From a virus (Duplodnaviria > Caudoviricetes): 63,142 nucleotides of DNA. A program made the translations under genes and the position numbers. A model generated the notes under the pieces. The model was not told the origin of the DNA, ran no database searches, and saw nothing but the letters and a program-made list of their open reading frames with translations. The stretch is taken from IMG/VR virus record IMGVR_UViG_3300021085_000001, positions 1-63,142 of that record, one strand, 5' to 3'. Position 1 is the first letter of the stretch. Each line of letters opens with the position of its first letter. Below, piece by piece: positions 9,001 through 17,804 of the stretch.

Positions 9001-10651
9001 TCCGTTTGGCGAATCCCCAGGAGATGTTACTTTTATAAATTTAATATTTGCATCTACAAGCGACGCTGACTCTTTTAGAAATAAATATAGTATTCCTGCT
9101 CCTTCATCAGGAGTGGATGCTACATCGCTAGCTACTCAAACAACCTTTAGTTTTACTTTTACCAACGGAGCTTCTTTGGTTTTTACACAACCAGCAGGTG
9201 GTATATTTCAAAATGACGCCCAGCAGATTCAGTTAGGTAAAAGATATCAAGCCTTGCCTGGGGTAACCGGGGGCGATACACTGTCTTACGTTAGTGGTAG
9301 TGGTAGTATTACAACTGGAGACGTATTAACGGCTGTAGCCGCTTCAACTGGCAGTGTAGAAATAGATACCCAGTTGGACATGGCTACAAATAAAATAGTA
9401 AATGTAGTCGACCCAACTGCTGATCAAGATGTAGCAACAAAAGCATATGTTGACGCTAACTCAAGTACCCCAGGTGGAACTGTAGTAAAGAAAACTTTTT
9501 CAGGTGACGGGTCTAACAGGGATTTTCTTTTAGACGATGCTATAGCTGCTAAATCTAATGTTGATGTGTATGTTAATGGTGTATACCAATTCCCCTCTAA
9601 TTACGAGGTAAGCGGATCAACTGTTACGTTTGACACAGACGCAATACCAGCTTTAGGGACAGACAATGTGAGTATTACACATGTAGTTGGAACAATCGCT
9701 ACAGAAGGCTCTTCAATGCAGAAGACATCTTTTATAGGAGATGGAACAACAACTACTTTCTCCTTAAGTGATACGCCTCAAGCGAAGTCGTTTACAATAG
9801 TACATGTCCAAGGTATTTATCAGGAGTCTAGTACTTACAGTATATCAGGCAGTAGCATAGTGTTTACAACAGCTCCATCTAATGGACATACAGTGGAGGT
9901 TACCTTTATAGCTGGTACAATAAGCGTTGCTAGTTTAGATGTTGGTTCTCAAACTGTAAATAGTTTTACAGGTACAGGTTCAACTACATCATTTGATTTA
10001 GGTGCTAACGCTGTTTCAGATAAGAATTACACAGACGTATATATAAATGGTGTTTACCAAGCTAAAGACCAGTATGAGTTAAGCGGTACAAATATAGTGT
10101 TTGACACTGCACCTCAAAATGGTTATAGTATAGAAGTAAAATGTCATTCAGCATCTGCTTCTAATGTTACTAACTCTACAACAATGGCTAGCGATGTATT
10201 CACAGCCGACGGAGCAACCTCAACTTTTACTTTAGTTAACGGTTCTCCTGTTAGTGAAGACTTCACAATGGTTTTTGTGAGTGGTATTTACCAGCAAAAG
10301 TCAGCTTATAATTTAATAGGAAGCGATATTGTTTTTCAAGGGGAAAATCCTGCGGAAGATGATACAATAGAAGTTATATCATTATCTTCATTAAATAATA
10401 TGAGCTCTCCTGTTTCTAGCGTTAATGGCCAAACAGGAGCTGTTGTTATTGATAGTGGCGTAACAAGCGTAAACGGGCGTATAGGCGCGGTAGTAACGAC
10501 CGTTTCTGATTTATCACTAACCTCAGCAGATATACCAGGAGTGATAGACACAAGCGATGGCACAACCGGCTTAACATTTTGGACAGGCACACAAGCTGAG
10601 TACGATGCTTTATCCGCGTATGATTCAACTAAATTATATTTTATAACATAA
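6002..10651 (+). CDS. Long tail fibre protein, 1549 aa
   Basis: Thr/Ser/Gly rich; three NVxxxW...NKP repeats, DVATKAYVD, four FxGDG...NGVYQ repeats, SVNGxxGAVV repeats. Confidence 0.85.
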   Translation: MARISTYEQDSTLNKQDKVLGTDSSTGSTKNFTLDSILGLVNEENLVEVFDGAAFEFQDYVDPANDPEGVVNLNAGSAATAAFSAINTLYISVKDRSGNSLAEYLENADNDFIKISKTDNLNQFGIYEVTAITDFGNSKYKKLTLTPRGTNGTFNVGDKYFVANYSALYDQDFSDDSITEFGDVSDNFFTGTGISQLTSAGSGAIITQAERNSLAGIADALLHSDVVNNLASTAVDVPLSAAQGKALKDLIDAINTLLTSDEVTLDTLQEVVDYIETNRTTLDNLAISNITGLQNALNSKEDSVVGKGLSANDFTDALLSKLNGIATEAEVNVQSNWAAVSGDAFIQNKPTDLTNLSLYNVTGLADVTSAGSGQIITGDERTKLGGIATGAQVNVKPNWTAAAGTDAEILNKPTLAPSNAEQNVQSDWGEDDTNSDAHILNKPSIASSTTTIQVAGTANEIEVSPAGAQDLSANRVFTVGLPNDVTVTSDLTVGETIELSNSQSITPSFDNGLYYSTEDGHDTLHFRYHGQDLSIDHLTENIPTGILNGGVLSTNTSTTFDIGAGDGIINVLNKNNSDPHPEIKKIEWAATTVTHTLGDAGNADQLNTWIYIDQTGAVQQTLSNLTPGIWRNNIVIGSVIHSSNTIRFVRTFPRTAYSSGNTYAEFVEIFGPLKKSGHLLTVHPTNLMRLNRASGESFALGRNYVVDPLNPSLISDGASTPVFHRYSSTSTGFTKDNGVGGAGFTAIDPTKYDNNGTLTSMSSGQYSVQRLYHFPNNTNVIVAYYGKAEYSSIDEAEKNYLLENFQEANNTSTQAIYLGALIVKGNATDLSNSGQAKILTGGIFRSLTAANLGGVAADSSLSDLTDVNVTGPSNGQVLKYNSTTGLFENQADAGGIQLTDLSVGTEGTPSGNGSVEYNNTTGVFTYTPPDASGSVAGTTGKIAKFTGANAVGDSLISETESVSAVSLTKVTGFSGTGFATFHSQSLGGGSATATVDCSSDPFGESPGDVTFINLIFASTSDADSFRNKYSIPAPSSGVDATSLATQTTFSFTFTNGASLVFTQPAGGIFQNDAQQIQLGKRYQALPGVTGGDTLSYVSGSGSITTGDVLTAVAASTGSVEIDTQLDMATNKIVNVVDPTADQDVATKAYVDANSSTPGGTVVKKTFSGDGSNRDFLLDDAIAAKSNVDVYVNGVYQFPSNYEVSGSTVTFDTDAIPALGTDNVSITHVVGTIATEGSSMQKTSFIGDGTTTTFSLSDTPQAKSFTIVHVQGIYQESSTYSISGSSIVFTTAPSNGHTVEVTFIAGTISVASLDVGSQTVNSFTGTGSTTSFDLGANAVSDKNYTDVYINGVYQAKDQYELSGTNIVFDTAPQNGYSIEVKCHSASASNVTNSTTMASDVFTADGATSTFTLVNGSPVSEDFTMVFVSGIYQQKSAYNLIGSDIVFQGENPAEDDTIEVISLSSLNNMSSPVSSVNGQTGAVVIDSGVTSVNGRIGAVVTTVSDLSLTSADIPGVIDTSDGTTGLTFWTGTQAEYDALSAYDSTKLYFIT
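6985..7332 (+). repeat. Three internal peptide repeats A[EQ]xNVxx[ND]W...DAxIxNKP
   Basis: Visible in the translation of 6002..10651. Confidence 0.8.
9480..10385 (+). repeat. Four tandem ~75-aa domains (FxGDG...VxVxGxYQ...Y...SG..IxF...P)
   Basis: Visible in the translation of 6002..10651. Confidence 0.85.
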
Positions 10652-11433
10652 TGGGATTTAAAATTGGCAGTACAGATTTTACAAAAGCATATTTAGGAGC
10701 AACAGAAATAGATAATATTCAGCTTGGTCAGAGTGAAATATATTCATCTTCATCTATAGTTACGGATGGCCTTGTGCTAAACCTACAGTCCGATCAATTT
10801 AGTGGCTCTGGAACAAATTGGCCCGATTTAAGTGGCTCCAATGCAACAGCGACACTAAGTACAAGCGGTTTTGCTAGTAGCTATTTTGGCACATACGGAG
10901 GTGTTGATAATGTTTTATTTTTTCCAGGTAATGCTAGTTATTATGCAACTGTAACAAACAACGCTGCTTTTAACTTTTCTTCAGCACAGTCAATCTACAT
11001 ATTGTCATATCCGTTAAGCAATACGAATAGGCAAAATTATTGGGATCAAGCATATGGCGGGGAAGGTACCTGGACTAGAGAAGGTAATGGTGGAATTAAT
11101 TGTTATTTTGGTACCAGCGGTGCAAATGCGAATAATTACGAGGGATATGGCAGCGGAACAAGTATAACTTTAAATGCTTGGCAAAGCTGGTGTTTTACAA
11201 GAAATTCTAGCACCACGCACTGGTATAAGAACGGGGCTCAAACAGCATCAAAAAATGTTGTTTATGGACCACCTCCTAATACAGATCAAAATATTCGGAT
11301 TGGGCGTGGTTATACAAATCAAGGCTTGGACGCTTATGTGTTTGCGGTATTAGCCTACACAAAAAAACTAAGCCAAGCTGAAGTGCAGGCAAATGACGAC
11401 TTTTTTAATAATAAATTAAGCTTATCTTTATAA
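10651..11433 (+). CDS. LamG/ConA-like lectin-domain receptor-binding protein
   Basis: KAYLGATEI N-terminus, IVTDGLVLNL, W.DLSG, YKNG, YTKKLSQAEV. Confidence 0.75.
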   Translation: MGFKIGSTDFTKAYLGATEIDNIQLGQSEIYSSSSIVTDGLVLNLQSDQFSGSGTNWPDLSGSNATATLSTSGFASSYFGTYGGVDNVLFFPGNASYYATVTNNAAFNFSSAQSIYILSYPLSNTNRQNYWDQAYGGEGTWTREGNGGINCYFGTSGANANNYEGYGSGTSITLNAWQSWCFTRNSSTTHWYKNGAQTASKNVVYGPPPNTDQNIRIGRGYTNQGLDAYVFAVLAYTKKLSQAEVQANDDFFNNKLSLSL

Positions 11434-11434
11434 T

Positions 11435-11788
11435 ATGGCATTAACAAAAATAACATCAGGAGTCGTAAGTGGAGAGTTTTCTTCATCAACTCCCTTAACA
11501 TCAGCAGCAACTGTTGATATAGATTGGAATAGCTCTAAGGTGTTTACTTTAACGCCTAACGAAGCAATAACATTAACCTTTAGTGATTATAAAGTAGGTA
11601 TGGTAAAAGTACTAGTAGCTACCGGAGCGGCGGGCTCAGGAGCACTAACTTTCCCATCAGAAGCTATTGATTTAGCAGGCACTGCTTTCGATAACACTAG
11701 TGGTGTAAAAAACTTTATTCAAATGATCTGCACGTCAGATTCAGGTAATGGGGAATTCTTTTACACTATAACTCAACCGTCAACATAA
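11435..11788 (+). CDS. Tail-fibre adaptor protein
   Basis: MALTKI N-terminus; paralogous to 12509..12838. Confidence 0.6.
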   Translation: MALTKITSGVVSGEFSSSTPLTSAATVDIDWNSSKVFTLTPNEAITLTFSDYKVGMVKVLVATGAAGSGALTFPSEAIDLAGTAFDNTSGVKNFIQMICTSDSGNGEFFYTITQPST

Positions 11789-11789
11789 T

Positions 11790-12503
11790 ATGTTAGGCGC
11801 AAGTTTATTATCCGGACCTTTAGCTGGCCAAGCGGGAAGTGATACAGACCCATTTGGGGACAATTCATTGCTTACTTTATATGAGTTTAACGGCGACACT
11901 GTTGATGCTACCGGAGGCGTGAACGCTTCTGGTGGGGGCAATTATGTTAGCGGCTTGTTCGATCAAGCTGTCTCATTAGGGCCGTCTGCTAATAAGGTTG
12001 TTGGGCATCGTGGTATATCTTACGGTCACACTGTAAGCATGTGGTTTAAACCAGACGTTAGTAATTGGTCAAGCGACAGACTATTTAGAATATTTACTCA
12101 ACATCAGAATCAATATTATTATTGGAGCTACTTTGGCGTTGACTATAGTGCAAGTGATGACGCTTTTAGAGTTACTATGAATGTTAGGATACCTACTACC
12201 TATAGATATTGCAATACCGGCTATACTGTTCAATTCAACAAAACAGACTGGAATCTCATTACTTTTTCATTTGTTTCAGCCACAGATTATCAATATTCTA
12301 TAAACGGACAACCTATGGCTGTTTGCCCCTTCGCAGTAGGTAACGGAACGCCCGCTGCTCTTGTAAGTAACGTTAATTGGATTGGTGGGATTTGGAGTAA
12401 TAATGTCGCTTATTATGGTGAAAGCTTTTCAGCAGACAGATATAGACATTTTAACAGGCAATTAACATCAGGAGAAATTTCAACGCTATATAACGAAAAA
12501 TAA
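11790..12503 (+). CDS. LamG/ConA-like lectin-domain protein
   Basis: YEFNGD, TVSMWFK, FNRQLTSGEISTLYNE. Confidence 0.75.
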   Translation: MLGASLLSGPLAGQAGSDTDPFGDNSLLTLYEFNGDTVDATGGVNASGGGNYVSGLFDQAVSLGPSANKVVGHRGISYGHTVSMWFKPDVSNWSSDRLFRIFTQHQNQYYYWSYFGVDYSASDDAFRVTMNVRIPTTYRYCNTGYTVQFNKTDWNLITFSFVSATDYQYSINGQPMAVCPFAVGNGTPAALVSNVNWIGGIWSNNVAYYGESFSADRYRHFNRQLTSGEISTLYNEK

Positions 12504-12508
12504 ACAAC

Positions 12509-12838
12509 ATGGCACAAACAAAAGTAAAAAGCGGTTTACTCGAAGGAGTCGCTACTACAGTAACACCTGCATCTGGAGCCGCTACTTGCGATTTTAGTGC
12601 AGCGGATATATTTAATATAACTATAACTGAAGCAACAACATTAACCTTTACAAACCCTCAATTAGCAGCGGTTAAGGATATTGTTGTGACAGGTGAGTTT
12701 GCGGTTACATTGCCATCATCGGTTAGAGAGGTAACGGGAAATACAGTTGACGCAGCTGGAGTAACTTTAATACAAGTTCTCTGCGTTGACGCGACTACAC
12801 CTGTATATTACGCATCAATAGGAACAGCAGCAGTATAA
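12509..12838 (+). CDS. Tail-fibre adaptor protein
   Basis: MAQTKV N-terminus; TLTF and IQVLC shared with 11435..11788. Confidence 0.6.
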   Translation: MAQTKVKSGLLEGVATTVTPASGAATCDFSAADIFNITITEATTLTFTNPQLAAVKDIVVTGEFAVTLPSSVREVTGNTVDAAGVTLIQVLCVDATTPVYYASIGTAAV

Positions 12839-13350
12839 TGAAAGCAAGATTAGAAAGTGGTAAGGTTGTAAAGTACAATACTATACCAAAAACATTAAAG
12901 AGTACATCAGGAGAAACTACTTTAAAGGCAAATACTTTGTCTGATTCTAAACTTAAAGAATTAGGGTTCTATCCTGTAATTACTCCAAGTTATAATAACG
13001 TAACTCAAAGTATAACTAATTTACACTTTGATAGCGCTTACGAACATCCTGGTTTTGATTCTGAAACAGAAATACCAGTAGAGTGTTTTGTTTACGACGT
13101 TGTGGATAAAGATTTAGGTGATATAGCTGATTTAAAAGCTGATAAAATATCACAGTTAAAAGCAAGTGCTAATGTTGAGTTTGCAAAAACTGACTGGGTA
13201 GTTGTTAGGAATGCGGAGAAAGGCACTGCAATACCAGCTGAAATAACTACTAGACGTGATGCAATTAGATCAGCAGTAGACACAAAAGAAACAGCTATTA
13301 ATGCTTTAACAGATAAAGAAGCTGTAATTACATTCGATATATCTTTATAA
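12838..13350 (+). CDS. Putative tail-fibre assembly chaperone
   Basis: LKELGFYPV and AKTDWVVVRNAE...RDAIR motifs. Confidence 0.55.
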   Translation: MKARLESGKVVKYNTIPKTLKSTSGETTLKANTLSDSKLKELGFYPVITPSYNNVTQSITNLHFDSAYEHPGFDSETEIPVECFVYDVVDKDLGDIADLKADKISQLKASANVEFAKTDWVVVRNAEKGTAIPAEITTRRDAIRSAVDTKETAINALTDKEAVITFDISL

Positions 13351-13351
13351 T

Positions 13352-15838
13352 ATGATTAATAAACAACTCATAAATCTATCATCACCTGCTACTAGCGGAG
13401 GCGGGAGTGGTAATCAAGAAGAAGGATTAATCTTACACTTAGATGCTAATGATGTAGATAGCTACGATGGAGATGGTACAGAATGGGTTGATATAACTAA
13501 CCACGAATATACGCCTACTACCAATGTATCGGAACATTTTAATACTGTTACTTATACTGGAACAGGTACAACGAACCCAATTACGGTCGGGTTTCAGCCA
13601 GATTTAATTTGGATAAAAAATAGAGACCAAACTGATTCTTACGCTATTGTTGATTCGGTAAGAGGTATTACATCTCCTGCACCTTACCTTGCATCAAACG
13701 AAACCAATGCAGAAGCAACATCTACTAATATGCCTACGTCTGTTCAGTCAGATGGTTTTACAATAACTGGAAGCGGCGGTAGAACTAACACAAGTGGAGA
13801 GGATTATGTTGCTTGGTGTTTTAAAGCAGGGGGTGCTCCTAGTGGTTCTGATAAAGTAAGTATAGATGGAACGTCTTATGCCACTATAAGCACAGCTGAA
13901 TTAACAGATGGAACTATACCTATTGATAAATTAAGCGTTAATACTAATCTAGGCTTTAGCATAGTTTCTTACAATGGTAATCAAGTTTCAAATGCAACAG
14001 TTGCTCACGGATTAGGTGTAAAGCCTGAATTGATTATTGTAAAGAATTTACAGTCGGCTGTATCTTGGGGTGTTTGGACTACTGGAATATCAGATAGTGA
14101 AGTTCTTAGACTTGACCAAATAGCAGCAAAAACAACCCCTGCAACTGCTTATTTTGAACCTCAAAACAATACCAGTAATTTTTTCAGTCTTGGAACAAAT
14201 GATGAAACTAATCACAATGACGATTACATAGCTTACTGCTTCGCTTCTAAAAGAGGTGTAAGTAAAGTAGGTAGTTACGTAGGAATAAGCGGAAGTCAAA
14301 AAATATACACGGGATTTGAGCCATCTTTTATTTTAATAAAAAAAACAAATACTTCAACTAATGGAGATTGGGCTGTTTTTGATAATGCTAGAGTTAATGG
14401 AACTGTAAAAGGACAATTATATCCCAGTGTAAATTATGCTGAAGAAAACAGAGATGGCTTAATATCTTTTAACAGAGATGGTTTCACACTAGAGAATAAT
14501 ACAGTTGGTCAAGTACATACAAGCGGACATAGATACATCTACTACGCAATAGCTAAAAACACTAACGAAACATCTCTTATACCAGATACTGATTTAGAGT
14601 TACATTTAGATGCAGCTAGTTTCCCAGAAAAAGGGGAAAGCGGATATAGTAATACTCCATCTACTTGGACTGACTCTAGTGGAAATAGCAATAATGGTAC
14701 TATCACAGGAGCTACGTTTGATTCCGAATTAGGCAACTATTTAGATTTAGACGGCTCTAGCGATAAGATAACTTTTGGTTCATCTGCTATAACTGCATTC
14801 AATTCAAATAATAGAACGGTAGAATTTTGGTTTAAATCTGATGACCTTTCAGCTACAAAAGTGATTTTTATTGCAGATGGAAGTGGTTATAGTTATGGAA
14901 GAACAACAATAATAACAACATCATCGGGTAACATTCAAGTGATGATTGGTAACAACGGGTCTTATCCGAATGTGTCTATAAGTGCAAATACTTGGTATCA
15001 TTTTGCAGTTTCTAAAAGTGGAACTAGCTATGAAGCGTTCTTAGATGGAGAATCAATAGGTACTGCTATCGCAAATACTTGGAACGATACAGTTGCTAGT
15101 CAGCTTAAAATAAGCGGAAATTTAAGCTCAACTTATCCTTTCGATGGGCAGGTAGGGCAGTTAAGATTATACTCTTCAGCACTTACACAAGACCAAATAA
15201 GACAAAACTATAACTTTACTAAGCCTAACTATCCTAATGGGTTTGATGGAGATATAAGCGGTGCTACCTGGAATTCCGCAGGTTACTTTCAGTTTGATGG
15301 TAGTAACGATGAAATAGAATTAACTTCATCACACCCTTATAGTAGCAACGCTGTACAAACTAATAGCGTAAAGTCAATAACGGGTTGGGTTAAGTTAGAC
15401 TCTGGAACTAGAGCAATGCTTTATTCAATATCTTCAACTGCAAACTCAAACTATTATTTTACCTGTCAAGTTAGAAATGATAGTAATGGAGTTTTTATGC
15501 AATGTAGAGATGGAGGCACTACTAATTCATTTATAGACAAAGCAACAAACTCAGCTCCAGATTCTAATTGGCATCACTATGTATTTCAAATAGACGGAGA
15601 TGAAAGACAGATATATATTGACGGAGTAAAAAGAACACTCACAAAAGATAATAGAGGTACAGCAACAGATAGTAGTTGGATTTCTTATCCTACTTATTCA
15701 TCATCTGCAAAACATAAGATACAAAAAGGTAGGGAGATTTCAGCTTATTATGGTACTGGAAAAGTTAGTAAAGTTAAACACTATACCAAACCGTTAACAC
15801 AAGCGGAAATAACAGCTTTATATAACGAAGGAGAATAA
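13352..15838 (+). CDS. Multi-domain receptor-binding protein with LamG-like domains
   Basis: Two LxLHLDA starts, VGFQPDLIWIKNR / HGLGVKPELIIVK / TGFEPSFILIK repeats, two LamG-like modules. Confidence 0.8.
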   Translation: MINKQLINLSSPATSGGGSGNQEEGLILHLDANDVDSYDGDGTEWVDITNHEYTPTTNVSEHFNTVTYTGTGTTNPITVGFQPDLIWIKNRDQTDSYAIVDSVRGITSPAPYLASNETNAEATSTNMPTSVQSDGFTITGSGGRTNTSGEDYVAWCFKAGGAPSGSDKVSIDGTSYATISTAELTDGTIPIDKLSVNTNLGFSIVSYNGNQVSNATVAHGLGVKPELIIVKNLQSAVSWGVWTTGISDSEVLRLDQIAAKTTPATAYFEPQNNTSNFFSLGTNDETNHNDDYIAYCFASKRGVSKVGSYVGISGSQKIYTGFEPSFILIKKTNTSTNGDWAVFDNARVNGTVKGQLYPSVNYAEENRDGLISFNRDGFTLENNTVGQVHTSGHRYIYYAIAKNTNETSLIPDTDLELHLDAASFPEKGESGYSNTPSTWTDSSGNSNNGTITGATFDSELGNYLDLDGSSDKITFGSSAITAFNSNNRTVEFWFKSDDLSATKVIFIADGSGYSYGRTTIITTSSGNIQVMIGNNGSYPNVSISANTWYHFAVSKSGTSYEAFLDGESIGTAIANTWNDTVASQLKISGNLSSTYPFDGQVGQLRLYSSALTQDQIRQNYNFTKPNYPNGFDGDISGATWNSAGYFQFDGSNDEIELTSSHPYSSNAVQTNSVKSITGWVKLDSGTRAMLYSISSTANSNYYFTCQVRNDSNGVFMQCRDGGTTNSFIDKATNSAPDSNWHHYVFQIDGDERQIYIDGVKRTLTKDNRGTATDSSWISYPTYSSSAKHKIQKGREISAYYGTGKVSKVKHYTKPLTQAEITALYNEGE

Positions 15839-16254
15839 TGGCTAAAAAAAAATTTAAGGATACAGACGTTGGGAAATTTTTACTACAGAAAATTCCTGGC
15901 GTTGTAGGTGCCATAGCGGGAGATACTCCAGTGGGTAGTGTGATCAAAGCTATTATAGGCGGATCTGATATGCCACCGGAAGATAAAGATATTGCTCTTA
16001 GAAAATTAGAAAAAGAAATACACGAATTTGATGGTATAACTAGAAGATGGGTTGCGGACGCAAGAAGTGGATCGTGGCTTTCATCTAATGTACGTCCATT
16101 AACATTAGCGTTCCTTACGATCGCTTTTGTAATTGGATGGTGGTATCAATTAGAAGGACTTGACACAGTAAAATCACTTTTACAAATAGTTTTCATGGGA
16201 TACTTCGGTTCTCGTGGTTTTGAGAAAGTGATGGGAAATAATAAACACAAATGA
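15838..16254 (+). CDS. Putative holin
   Basis: SWLSSNVRPLTL followed by TM segments and YFGSRGFEK; next to the endolysin. Confidence 0.65.
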   Translation: MAKKKFKDTDVGKFLLQKIPGVVGAIAGDTPVGSVIKAIIGGSDMPPEDKDIALRKLEKEIHEFDGITRRWVADARSGSWLSSNVRPLTLAFLTIAFVIGWWYQLEGLDTVKSLLQIVFMGYFGSRGFEKVMGNNKHK

Positions 16255-16406
16255 CATTACCAGACCTAAAGATTTACGGATTGAATATTACGGCATTAGT
16301 AGCTAGCTCAAGCGTTGCAGAAGGGGTAAACCCAACTCTACAAACAGCGGTACTTTTATTAACTATACTATATACATCAATAAACATTTATAAAAAACTT
16401 AAATAA
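16251..16406 (+). CDS. Small membrane protein, 51 aa (not in ORF track)
   Basis: MTLPDLKIYGLNITALVASS...LQTAVLLLTILYTSINIYKKLK; between holin and endolysin. Confidence 0.6.
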   Translation: MTLPDLKIYGLNITALVASSSVAEGVNPTLQTAVLLLTILYTSINIYKKLK

Positions 16407-16407
16407 T

Positions 16408-16764
16408 ATGAAATTGAAATACTTTAACGATCAAGATGATTTTAAAGGTAATATGGATAAAATGGATCCAAAGCTTTTAGGCATGCTTGATGCTCTTAGA
16501 AAAGAGTATGGCTACCCTATAGTGCTTAATTCATCTTATAGATCACCAGATCATCCTATTGAAGCTAAAAAAGATAAGCCAGGGGAGCACGCATATGGTG
16601 CTGCTGTGGATATCAAATGTATAGGTGGTGAAGCAACGTTTAAACTAGTTGCCGCTGCTATTAAATGCGGGTTTAGACGTATAGGTATTTCAAGAAAAAG
16701 TAATTTTGTTCACGTAGGCATTGGTTATCCAGGGGCACCTGAAACCACTATTTGGACTTACTAA
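16408..16764 (+). CDS. Endolysin, peptidase M15 family
   Basis: SSYRSPDH, EHAYGAAVDI and FVHVG zinc-ligand motifs. Confidence 0.85.
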   Translation: MKLKYFNDQDDFKGNMDKMDPKLLGMLDALRKEYGYPIVLNSSYRSPDHPIEAKKDKPGEHAYGAAVDIKCIGGEATFKLVAAAIKCGFRRIGISRKSNFVHVGIGYPGAPETTIWTY

Positions 16765-16774
16765 AATAAATACA

Positions 16775-16993
16775 ATGAAATTAATTAGAAAAATAAGCAT
16801 AGGTCAAGATTATAAAAACGAAGCTATGCATTACTCTGTAGGCCAAGACGTTTATGGAGGCCATACCATCTGTGATATAATGGACAAAGAAGATGGCTAT
16901 CATATATACATACAAAAAGATGGAGCTCAATTACCGTGGAAACACTTTAATAAGAATATGGCTGTGTCAATTGAATATAACTTAGATTATTAA
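16775..16993 (+). CDS. Conserved hypothetical phage protein
   Basis: MKLIRKISIGQDYKNEAMHY; start moved to ATG 16775 to avoid overlap with the endolysin. Confidence 0.7.
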   Translation: MKLIRKISIGQDYKNEAMHYSVGQDVYGGHTICDIMDKEDGYHIYIQKDGAQLPWKHFNKNMAVSIEYNLDY

Positions 16994-17590
16994 ATGAGAT
17001 CCTTATACAATTATATTATATCTACTGAAAGTCGCTATAACAACAAAACAGATATTGGCGACAAAGAACTCATATTAAACACTGAGATAACTGAGCGCGA
17101 TTATCATTTTGTAAATAGAATAGGCAGGGTAGAAAGCACACCTATAAATTTCAATCTACCTATTAAAAAAGGAGATGAAGTTATAGTGCATCACAATATC
17201 TTTAGAAGATGGTTTGATGTTAGAGGGGTTGAACGTAATTCATCTGCTTTTATAGATGACAACAAGTACTCCGTTTATTACGATCAAATATTTGCATATA
17301 AAAGAAATGGAAAATGGGAAGCATTGCCGGATTATTGTTTCGTAAAGCCTTTACCAAACGAAGACAAATGGAGCGTTTTAAGCGAGCGAAAATTAGCAGG
17401 CGAGTTAACTTATACTAATGACTATTTAAAGTCTTTAGGGTTATCCCAAGGAGATATAGTGGGGTTTACTCCATCCTCAGAATATGAGTTTAACATAGAT
17501 GGTGACAAATTATATAGAATTTTATCAACAGACTTAACTATCAACTATGGACATAAAGAAAAAACGACAACAACTACTAAAAGCTTCTGA
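16994..17590 (+). CDS. Second GroES-like protein, probably two domains
   Basis: GRVESTP...IKKGDEVIVHH and FVKP...LSQGDIVGF...YEFNIDGDKLY, each resembling a GroES barrel. Confidence 0.6.
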   Translation: MRSLYNYIISTESRYNNKTDIGDKELILNTEITERDYHFVNRIGRVESTPINFNLPIKKGDEVIVHHNIFRRWFDVRGVERNSSAFIDDNKYSVYYDQIFAYKRNGKWEALPDYCFVKPLPNEDKWSVLSERKLAGELTYTNDYLKSLGLSQGDIVGFTPSSEYEFNIDGDKLYRILSTDLTINYGHKEKTTTTTKSF

Positions 17591-17804
17591 GAATGCAATT
17601 AACGAACTTATCAAAGTAATGGATAAGAAAATGGATATAGACGAAGTAGATCCAGAAAAAGTTAAAATCTCAGCATCAGCCTATAGATTAGCTATGGAAG
17701 ATGCCATGGCTATGATGGCTAAAGTAGAAGAGTTAGAGGCTTTGAACAAAGATAATAAAAAAGAAAAGCGAGAGTTTTTTGGTGTGGAGGGCCGCGCTAA
17801 ATAA
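17547..17804 (+). CDS. Putative terminase small subunit
   Basis: Small helical protein coupled to terL; position-based. Confidence 0.4.
   Translation: MDIKKKRQQLLKASENAINELIKVMDKKMDIDEVDPEKVKISASAYRLAMEDAMAMMAKVEELEALNKDNKKEKREFFGVEGRAK

Noticed and set aside
6002-15838. Diversity-generating retroelement or invertible tail switch
   Set aside because: No reverse transcriptase, recombinase or near-identical nucleotide template/variable repeat was seen; repeats are only at peptide level.
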